Virus record (IMG/VR): IMGVR_UViG_3300045988_012574
Coordinates: 1-18,947 of that record
DNA length: 18,947 nucleotides
Direction: 5' to 3' (one strand)
Source: a virus
Shown here: one piece after another, positions 13,468 to 18,947 of the stretch
Layout: each line of letters starts with the position of its first letter
Position numbering within the stretch: the stretch's first letter is position 1
Made by a program: the position numbers and the translations under genes
Notes under the pieces: generated by a model
The model's database searches: none
What the model saw: the letters and a program-made list of their open reading frames with translations, nothing else
Told to the model about the DNA's origin: nothing

Positions 13468-14911
13468 TGACCATTGTTCCGTAATCGTCCATGACCTGCA
13501 CCCCATGTTGAAACTCTTCGTAGGCGATGGGCTGCGAGAACATGTTTCCGGCCATGCATACGTCCACCTCCCCGTCTTCCCTCCATCCCTGATACCGATT
13601 CATACCCAGGATAGTCAGTTTTTCGTATCGTGCGGCGATCTTCCACTTACCCAGTTCAGTCGGGTGAATGTCACATGATCGCACGGGCTCCCAGCCGGAT
13701 AGGATGCAACCGTCCGTGTTCGCATACAATAGCCGATCGGCGTTCGCGTGGCACACGTCCATGAGTTTGCGGCGTGCGTAGGCGTTGACCCAAATAGGCA
13801 CGGGCAGATAGTCGGTTTTCAAATTCGACTCCTCACGCTGCGTAATATCCCAATCCAATGTTATGCCGTCTTTGGAAGTGGGGAGCATGACAGAACCCTT
13901 GGGCAGACTCGCCATTTTCCCTACGAGCGCGTTCATGATCAGCTTTGCCATTTGTCTTTTTTCGCCCGTCGCCTTCTGTTTCAAGTCCCCCCAATCATCA
14001 ACGAACGAACGGAAGAAACCCTTGGAGCGGCGGAACTTCCACCCCCTGACATGCTTGTAGACGCTCACCTCATAATTCTCATAAAGCAATTGTTGGTCAA
14101 TGTCGGTCAATACTCTTGTGATATAGCCACGGGTGGAAATGAGACGGTTAAGCCCGTAGGTACTGCGATTATCGAGTAGAAAAGGGTATCCATCCGGCTT
14201 TAATCCCGCGCGAAACGTGAGTTCGTCGCAATGCAATGGCATGTCGTCGTCTTCCTCATAGTTGCCTTCGTATGGTTCGGGTTCGCCCCACGGGAGCCAT
14301 TCATCGCGCAAAATGCTTGGATACATGCTATTGCAGTCGACGTCGATAGCCTCACCGTACGCCCCTTCCCTGGCTAGCATGAAGCCGCCGATATATGCGT
14401 CATGCAATGACTTTTTATCTTCGGGTTCGAGCTGGGGGAATTTGTCGTAATACCATTTCCACTCGCCGGACGCGAACGCCTCCATGCTTGCCCCGCCCGC
14501 CGTGATCTTGCACAAGTTGCGATTATCGTATTCGCGCAGAATATTGAGTAGTTGCGTGTCAGGCATGGTGAACCGGCAATTCTCGCGCAACAGGTTGGAA
14601 ATGTCGAAGAATCGTGCCGAGTTCTCGCGGTCGATACGCACGGTGAAGCTGAAAAATTTGCCCTTTTTTGAGATGATGGCGTCCCAGCTCAGATTAGAGT
14701 TGTGTTCGTTGTGGGGCAATGCGTGTACGACGTGCGCTATAAATGGGTCAAGCAGTTCGGGATTAGTCACGTAGACGGTGAGTTTGCCGCCCGTCATTAT
14801 GGACGCCAAAAGGCGGTTAGGCGCGGTGACGTCACGCAGGACGGTGCCGTCCGTGAATCGTATGACGTTATCCGCGCACCACAGTCCCACTCTTTTATCT
14901 TGCCTGGTCAT
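13460..14911 (-). CDS. Protein-primed family-B DNA polymerase (phi29 gp2-like), compact at 483 aa
   Basis: Motif A is IDVDCNSMYPS and motif B is KLIMNALVGKMA. Motif C is LYANTDG. The TPR1-like region WLPWGEPEPYEGNY...PLHC parallels LLPYGEPIVFEGKY...PLHI. ITAGGASMEAF parallels MTAGSDSLKGF. Exo II-like is YVTNPELLDPFI. The phi29 sequence is from memory. Confidence 0.95.
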   Translation of the reverse strand: MTRQDKRVGLWCADNVIRFTDGTVLRDVTAPNRLLASIMTGGKLTVYVTNPELLDPFIAHVVHALPHNEHNSNLSWDAIISKKGKFFSFTVRIDRENSARFFDISNLLRENCRFTMPDTQLLNILREYDNRNLCKITAGGASMEAFASGEWKWYYDKFPQLEPEDKKSLHDAYIGGFMLAREGAYGEAIDVDCNSMYPSILRDEWLPWGEPEPYEGNYEEDDDMPLHCDELTFRAGLKPDGYPFLLDNRSTYGLNRLISTRGYITRVLTDIDQQLLYENYEVSVYKHVRGWKFRRSKGFFRSFVDDWGDLKQKATGEKRQMAKLIMNALVGKMASLPKGSVMLPTSKDGITLDWDITQREESNLKTDYLPVPIWVNAYARRKLMDVCHANADRLLYANTDGCILSGWEPVRSCDIHPTELGKWKIAARYEKLTILGMNRYQGWREDGEVDVCMAGNMFSQPIAYEEFQHGVQVMDDYGTMVML

Positions 14912-14938
14912 GGTACAACTTTCTTTGATTGACTGCCG

Positions 14939-15904
14939 CTACTTTTCCAACGCGCCAGCTTCCGTCATCCATCGGTCGAACTGCCGTCGGGAACGCTGAT
15001 AGCCCTCGCTGTTGTCACGGAACACTGAAGTAAAACCGTGCCGAACTGGGTCGTATACCGTCCAGTCGAATACGATGCGCGGTGCGTCCGTCTGCTCGAT
15101 GAACGCGCGTTTTTGTGCGGCTGAGAGTTGGCGGAATCGTTTCAACCGTTTCGAACCGAGAGTGGTAGCCAAGATTTTCTCGAACACCTCATAACGCCCC
15201 CGACTCATATAGGACGGCCAATCATCATCGTCATACAAGTCGAATTGATCGGGTTTCTTCCGCTTCCTGGACGGTTTGCGCTTGCGTTTCCGTTCGGTGC
15301 GCAGTCCCAATATTTCGGCGGCGTCATGCATTTGCTCAAGCAGTTCGTTGCGATGGCCGCTTTCCAGTTGGGAGCGCACGAACGCTTCGTCTGACAGCAC
15401 GTTCGTCATTTGCAGAAAGTCCGTGAGTTTCGATGGAATGATCTGATTGCGGCCGAAACCTTCACCGGTGGTTCCGGTGATTTCGGCAACGCGCTGATCA
15501 TACACGCTTCGCTGGGACATGGCTTGCACCTTGTTCCATTCATTGATCTTGCGCCGTGCCGCATTGATCTTGCGTTGCTGTTGCCGTAAGAGTTTGCGCC
15601 GTTTCGCCACGGGTTCCGCGTCAATCTGCGCGTTAGTGATGGGCGTGCGCCCCGCGAACATGTAGTCTTTCTTCGTGGGCTTTTCCACGGCACTGGCATG
15701 GTAGGGGGTTGCTTTCGCCTCCGCTATGGCCTGTCCCTTCTGCCGCTCCCACTCCTTGCCCAAGGTTTTCGCAATGTTGACTAGTTGTTTATCCGCGGTT
15801 TTGGCGAGATTCGAATAGGAGTAACTGCCAAGCTGTTTGATATTACGGGCGGCGCGGGCTTGCGCGGCCTGACGTGCCTTGACATGCTTCTGCTTTCGAG
15901 ACAT
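14939..15904 (-). CDS. Putative terminal protein (321 aa, basic)
   Basis: It lies immediately upstream of the protein-primed polymerase, as gene 3 precedes gene 2 in phi29. The N-terminus is K/R-rich, and there is an internal KRKRKPSRKRKK tract and a DDDDW acidic patch. I recognise no sequence motif, so the call rests on synteny only. Confidence 0.5.
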   Translation of the reverse strand: MSRKQKHVKARQAAQARAARNIKQLGSYSYSNLAKTADKQLVNIAKTLGKEWERQKGQAIAEAKATPYHASAVEKPTKKDYMFAGRTPITNAQIDAEPVAKRRKLLRQQQRKINAARRKINEWNKVQAMSQRSVYDQRVAEITGTTGEGFGRNQIIPSKLTDFLQMTNVLSDEAFVRSQLESGHRNELLEQMHDAAEILGLRTERKRKRKPSRKRKKPDQFDLYDDDDWPSYMSRGRYEVFEKILATTLGSKRLKRFRQLSAAQKRAFIEQTDAPRIVFDWTVYDPVRHGFTSVFRDNSEGYQRSRRQFDRWMTEAGALEK

Positions 15905-15928
15905 ATGGCACAGTCCTTAAGATGGCGA

Positions 15929-15950
15929 GAGCACCCAAGATTGGGTGCTC
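15929..15950 (-). promoter_or_regulatory. 9-bp hairpin in the leader of the putative terminal-protein gene
   Basis: gagcaccca / tgggtgctc with a 4-nt loop. It lies between the -10 box at 15984..15976 and the RBS aagga. No U-run follows it. Confidence 0.4.
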
Positions 15951-15975
15951 CCCTATGGATGAACGTTACTCAGTT

Positions 15976-15984
15976 ATTATAGCA
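15976..15984 (-). promoter_or_regulatory. Extended -10 box TGcTATAAT upstream of the terminal protein - polymerase pair
   Basis: The minus strand reads tgctataat at 15984..15976. It is intergenic, starting 4 nt after the SSB stop (15990..15988) and 72 nt upstream of the ATG at 15904. Confidence 0.55.
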
Positions 15985-15987
15985 AGC

Positions 15988-16422
15988 TCACTTGGTTTCC
16001 TCGTCCACCGGCTCGATGCTGAAAAACTTGAAGCCACGGCGGGAGCGACGTTCGACCACCTTGATGCACAGCGGTTCCGTCCAGGTGTTCGGCGTGCCGA
16101 AGATGCCGAACATGGTGTTCAGTCCCGCCGCGAGAGTGGGGGAGGTGGCCGCGTACGCCTTGTTATCGTCGGTCACGATGATGACGCGCACGGTGCTGGA
16201 GATTTCGCCCGTCTGATCGTCGGTCACCTGTACCGCCTGGGCGACGGCGTTCGTCATGTTCAACGGCTCGTTGAGGTGTTCGTCAAGCTTTTCGGCGTTC
16301 TGCAATGCACTGTAGAGCTTGATCTTGCCTTCACGGGTCGAGGTATCGATGAAGTGCTGGACGGTGCCAAGTTCGGTGTTCTCGGTGTTGAAAGCGACGA
16401 GTGCGGTATTGTTGTTTTCCAT
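15988..16422 (-). CDS. Single-stranded DNA-binding protein, phi29 p5-like
   Basis: MENNNTALVAFNTENTELG parallels p5 MENTNIVKATFDTETLEG. AVAQAVQVTDDQTGE...TVRVIIVTDDNKAYAATSPTLAAGL parallels AIAQYKQVSDTYGD...TVTTIFAADGSLYSAISKTVAEAA. IKVVERRSRRGFKFFSIE parallels VKVVQGTSSKGNVFFSLQ. The phi29 sequence is from memory. Confidence 0.7.
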   Translation of the reverse strand: MENNNTALVAFNTENTELGTVQHFIDTSTREGKIKLYSALQNAEKLDEHLNEPLNMTNAVAQAVQVTDDQTGEISSTVRVIIVTDDNKAYAATSPTLAAGLNTMFGIFGTPNTWTEPLCIKVVERRSRRGFKFFSIEPVDEETK

Positions 16423-16485
16423 TGTTTAACCTTTCCTAGATTATTGTTATTTTATTTTTCAGGCTTATGCCTAAAATCTTTCATA

Positions 16486-16800
16486 TCACATACCGTCATT
16501 ATTTTCAATGTCGGCATGTCGTTTTGTGTGCTCTTCAGGGTTCCACTCTTGCGGTTCCTCAAAAGTCGCATACTTGTAAAAAGTCTCCTCATTCATTGAG
16601 ACCTTCTGCGAAAAAATGTTGATAGAACGTGGAATGAAATTAGGAAACAATTTCTTCGCACGAATCGAATACGCGCCAGCGTCCTTCAAACGTCCGTCAA
16701 TAACATGCTCCGCTTCCATGAAATCACCGTCCACCAATTCCATGCCCTTCAGCACGGCATAGACGCGCGTGCGGAAAATTTCGGTTTTCGTTCTAGCCAA
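16486..16800 (-). CDS. Candidate p6-like double-stranded DNA-binding protein (104 aa, TTG start)
   Basis: The position upstream of the SSB matches gene 6 then gene 5 in phi29, and the size is similar. TEIFRTRVYAVLKGMELVDGDF loosely parallels p6 REITKTTVNVAKMVMVDGEV. The C-terminal tail is acidic. The start is TTG at 16800, preceded by aaggggaag. Confidence 0.35.
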   Translation of the reverse strand: MARTKTEIFRTRVYAVLKGMELVDGDFMEAEHVIDGRLKDAGAYSIRAKKLFPNFIPRSINIFSQKVSMNEETFYKYATFEEPQEWNPEEHTKRHADIENNDGM

Positions 16801-17323
16801 TTTTCACTTCCCCTTGCAGTAAGATTTTTTGCAATTCACTGTCATTATATCGTTTCGTGTCCAGTCTGTCAAAATTTTTAAACACGACAATAATCAGTTC
16901 TTCCGCCTGAGGACTATCAAAAACCGTGCAACAATCATACGACGTACCGCCCTTGACCGCGCAGACCGCGCACCATGCAATCAGGTTAGGCGGATCGATG
17001 GAACCGTCCAAATATTCCACGTCATACGTGCGAGACAGTGCGGCGGTAAGTCCGTCCCCCACGGTCAGACCGCCCGCAATCTGAGACACAGTAATCACCG
17101 CTTGCGTAAACCACTCACTAGGAGCTTCACACCACAACTCACACAACATGTTGACAGCACGACAACATGTCTCAAAATCACCATACCCCAGGTCAAAACG
17201 TTTCAAGTTCAGTTCACGCTTATGGCCTTCTGTGGCGCGGACAATACGCTTGCTTTCCATGATCGCATCATCAAAGTCACGCATACAGTAAATAGGACGC
17301 CTATCATCACCACGCCTAAACAT
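16793..17323 (-). CDS. Hypothetical early protein (176 aa from the ATG at 17323), Cys-rich
   Basis: The ATG at 17323 is preceded by gaggag and overlaps the upstream stop (ATGTTTAG). I recognise no motif. Confidence 0.65.
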   Translation of the reverse strand: MFRRGDDRRPIYCMRDFDDAIMESKRIVRATEGHKRELNLKRFDLGYGDFETCCRAVNMLCELWCEAPSEWFTQAVITVSQIAGGLTVGDGLTAALSRTYDVEYLDGSIDPPNLIAWCAVCAVKGGTSYDCCTVFDSPQAEELIIVVFKNFDRLDTKRYNDSELQKILLQGEVKIG

Positions 17324-17492
17324 AATACCGCTCCTCAACGCGAAAATAACTGATATTCTCCGTATGAGACCGGATAGCCGCCCACCGTTTAATCAAATCT
17401 GCCGCATCCTTATACGAGGACTCATAACCGACTTCGATAGGAGGCTTGCGCGCATCCCTCAAGTATGCGAGAGCAACGAAAACACTATACAT
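17316..17492 (-). CDS. Hypothetical early protein (58 aa), below the ORF-track cutoff
   Basis: Translated by hand as MYSVFVALAYLRDARKPPIEVGYESSYKDAADLIKRWAAIRSHTENISYFRVEERYYV. The ATG is 2 nt after the upstream stop, and its own stop overlaps the next start. It fills an otherwise empty gap. Confidence 0.5.
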   Translation of the reverse strand: MYSVFVALAYLRDARKPPIEVGYESSYKDAADLIKRWAAIRSHTENISYFRVEERYYV

Positions 17493-17494
17493 GC

Positions 17495-17698
17495 CTAAAA
17501 CCCCAATTCATCAACAGAATCACCATCACCATACAGCCACATGACCGCCCACAACCGCCGATCAGGACAACGTTTCGGCGGATTAGTGGCGCTCCGCCTA
17601 TGCTGTCTCCCAGCCCAAAAAGCGCGCAAACGCCAATAACTATCAACGTCCGGACACGTGCCGCATATCCACGAATGCAACCAACCACGAAAATACAT
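17495..17698 (-). CDS. Hypothetical early protein (67 aa), Trp/Arg-rich with a CxxC
   Basis: The internal ATG of the 115-aa track ORF lies 1 nt after the upstream TGA (tgatatg). The longer form would overlap the previous gene by about 140 nt. Confidence 0.5.
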   Translation of the reverse strand: MYFRGWLHSWICGTCPDVDSYWRLRAFWAGRQHRRSATNPPKRCPDRRLWAVMWLYGDGDSVDELGF

Positions 17699-17699
17699 A

Positions 17700-17945
17700 T
17701 CAATCCCTATCCAGTAGTGGGGTATTGGCAATATCGATAGCGTCAACAAGCACGTCCGCCACCTGGATATAGTCGGTAGCACTATACGACGCCATCTCCA
17801 CAGCTGAATGCAATCCATCCGGCGAGCAAAACGCCACATCATACTTCAACCTATACGACTGACTATGAGAGCAATACCACAATTCCACATCACCGCCCCA
17901 ATACTGAGACGGAAACACAGCAACCTTCATATCACAATAACGCAT
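17700..17945 (-). CDS. Hypothetical early protein (81 aa)
   Basis: The ATG at 17945 lies 2 nt after the stop of the 2-TM ORF. The C-terminus is acidic. I recognise no motif. Confidence 0.5.
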   Translation of the reverse strand: MRYCDMKVAVFPSQYWGGDVELWYCSHSQSYRLKYDVAFCSPDGLHSAVEMASYSATDYIQVADVLVDAIDIANTPLLDRD

Positions 17946-17947
17946 GA

Positions 17948-18115
17948 TCAGAGATCTTTCACTACAAAAACCAATACGATAGCCACGCCCACAGCGAGCA
18001 TGACCAAAAAACAAAAAACGTCACGCGCATTACGCGGCAGTTCGCAAAACACCATAGCCGCCACCGTAAGAAACAGCACAGAAATGATACATACAGCAAT
18101 AATCATACCACCCAT
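17948..18115 (-). CDS. Small early membrane protein (55 aa, two predicted TM helices), below the ORF-track cutoff
   Basis: Translated by hand as MGGMIIAVCIISVLFLTVAAMVFCELPRNARDVFCFLVMLAVGVAIVLVFVVKDL. The start overlaps the upstream stop (TAATG at 18117..18113). Confidence 0.5.
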   Translation of the reverse strand: MGGMIIAVCIISVLFLTVAAMVFCELPRNARDVFCFLVMLAVGVAIVLVFVVKDL

Positions 18116-18345
18116 TACAGCAACACCACCTTTACCACACCAACCATCGTGCCGTCAAGATCAAACGTGGCATTATCAATATCCACGCTCACATTACGCC
18201 CAACATAAGCACTACGAACATGAGACAACACACCATCCAACGACGCTTTCAACGACGCTGTATGAAACATGCCACTAGGCTTCACACAATCAGGCAAAAC
18301 CTCAAAAACCTGAAAACCATCACTGGAAATAATGAAATGCCACAT
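18115..18345 (-). CDS. Hypothetical early protein (76 aa)
   Basis: The RBS ggagg lies 6 nt upstream of the ATG at 18345. I recognise no motif. Confidence 0.65.
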   Translation of the reverse strand: MWHFIISSDGFQVFEVLPDCVKPSGMFHTASLKASLDGVLSHVRSAYVGRNVSVDIDNATFDLDGTMVGVVKVVLL

Positions 18346-18358
18346 GATAGACCTCCAA

Positions 18359-18601
18359 TCAGTGAGTCAAGGCGTCAGCTACCGCTTCCGCGATAGTGTC
18401 CCCAGTTCCCAAGACGACAACAGGACGACAGTGCCTAGCGCAAACGGTATAAAACACCTCAACCGCGTCCACCTTACGCCCATCTTCGGTAGTGCGATAG
18501 TATGGAGTCTCAACCCTCTTGACGCAAGCGCGTGCCATCAATTCACGCACTTCCTCGACACTGACGCCCGCTTCCTCTGCGATTTGCTTATAACTTTCCA
18601 T
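18359..18601 (-). CDS. First early gene: small HTH-like protein (80 aa from the ATG at 18601)
   Basis: The ATG at 18601 is preceded by gggaggtaaataag. The N-terminal YKQIAEEAGVSVEEVRELMAR looks like a helix-turn-helix. The 102-aa track ORF extends back into the promoter region, so I prefer the shorter form. Confidence 0.6.
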   Translation of the reverse strand: MESYKQIAEEAGVSVEEVRELMARACVKRVETPYYRTTEDGRKVDAVEVFYTVCARHCRPVVVLGTGDTIAEAVADALTH

Positions 18602-18632
18602 CTTATTTACCTCCCTTGTGGCCGATATTTTT

Positions 18633-18641
18633 ATCATACCA
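18633..18641 (-). promoter_or_regulatory. Extended -10 promoter TGgTATGAT at the inner edge of ITR-R, driving the right-end early operon
   Basis: It is the mirror copy of 307..315 and lies about 32 nt upstream of the ATG at 18601. Confidence 0.5.
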
Positions 18642-18808
18642 CAAACAAACGACACACCCCAAAACAAAAAAAATAAAAGACAACCACCAACCAGGCAGAC
18701 AAATAAGCTACGGTTACGTTACCGTAACTTAGACACACACAGACTGTTGCATATACAACCATTGACACAGTGTCAATAAAAAAAACGACACGCCCAAAAT
18801 AAAAAAAC

Positions 18809-18837
18809 TTGACAGACAGGCGTAAAAAAAATATAAT
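18809..18837 (+). promoter_or_regulatory. Perfect consensus sigma70-type promoter (TTGACA-N17-TATAAT) firing outward toward the right terminus
   Basis: On the plus strand, TTGACA is at 18809..18814, the spacer gacaggcgtaaaaaaaa is 17 nt, and TATAAT is at 18832..18837. The predicted +1 at 18844 is the A of an ATG. Confidence 0.6.
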
Positions 18838-18947
18838 AGAGGCATGAACAAAACAAAGAGACAAAACACACACAGAACAAAAAAAAACAACACACAAATA
18901 AAAAAAACCTCAAGGGAAAATCTTCATACAAACCCATACCCCTCCCA

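Larger units (their letters stand above)
18632..18947. repeat. Right inverted terminal repeat (ITR-R), 316 bp
   Basis: Mirror image of 1-316, where position p maps to 18948-p. The window ends exactly at the repeat end, consistent with true genome termini. Confidence 0.95.

Noticed and set aside
13305-13646. 113-aa minus-strand ORF spanning the polymerase 3' end and the downstream interval
   Set aside because: Its first two thirds overlap the polymerase out of frame and are Arg/Gly-rich. Only the last 37 codons (13305..13418, ATG preceded by GGGAG) could stand alone. I keep those as the alternative hypothesis to the small-RNA call rather than as a feature.
16423-16485. Intergenic region upstream of the SSB as a promoter or terminator (short hairpin aggc-n4-gcct and TGaTATGAA)
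   Set aside because: The stem is only 4 bp. The -10-like hexamer TATGAA lacks the conserved final T. Neither is convincing enough to annotate.
17465-18278. Plus-strand ORFs (91 aa and 156 aa) in the A/C-rich right-hand early region
   Set aside because: They translate as T/H/P/Q-rich low-complexity sequence and have no RBS. The minus strand offers a chain of RBS-preceded, stop/start-coupled ORFs downstream of the ITR-edge promoter.
1-18947. Lysogeny, mobile-element or defence-system content (integrase, repressor, transposase, toxin-antitoxin)
   Set aside because: I recognised no recombinase, transposase or CI-like motifs in any frame. Every ORF above 150 aa is accounted for by replication, virion, packaging or lysis functions, or by tail-module position. 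The window is best explained as a virulent phage genome.

Overview
The window looks like one complete linear dsDNA phage genome (18,947 bp) of the phi29-like, protein-primed podovirus type. Positions 1-316 are the exact reverse complement of 18632-18947, a perfect 316-bp inverted terminal repeat (ITR). About 23 tightly packed genes lie between the ITRs, and all but one are on the minus strand. Many have overlapping stop/start codons and GGAGG-type ribosome-binding sites.

Reading the minus strand from the right end:
- Early module: six small ORFans (one HTH-like, one with two TM helices), a p6-like small DNA-binding candidate, a p5-like SSB, a basic 321-aa putative terminal protein, and a compact family-B protein-primed DNA polymerase.
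- A ~165-nt interval bounded by its own promoter and terminator, which I propose as a candidate packaging RNA (pRNA).
- Structural module: scaffold, major capsid with an Ig-like C-terminus, tail knob, connector/portal, lower collar, two unknown tail proteins, a 60-aa orphan fibre-anchor module, an SGNH-esterase tail appendage, and a CHAP plus lysozyme-like tail lysin.
- Packaging and lysis: gp16-type packaging ATPase, holin, and CHAP-SH3 endolysin.

One small acidic gene at the left end is on the plus strand. I saw no integrase, repressor module, tRNA or CRISPR array, so the phage is probably virulent.

Transcription signals are unusually legible. Extended -10 boxes (TGnTATAAT) sit on the coding strand at module boundaries. 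Each ITR also carries a perfect TTGACA-N17-TATAAT promoter pointing outward at the genome terminus.

All functional calls rest on motifs read by eye and on remembered similarity to phi29 proteins. No database search, alignment program or RNA folding was available. The host is unknown. The SD-rich, CHAP/SH3 lysis genes point to a Gram-positive host, and an Actinomycetota host is only a weak guess.
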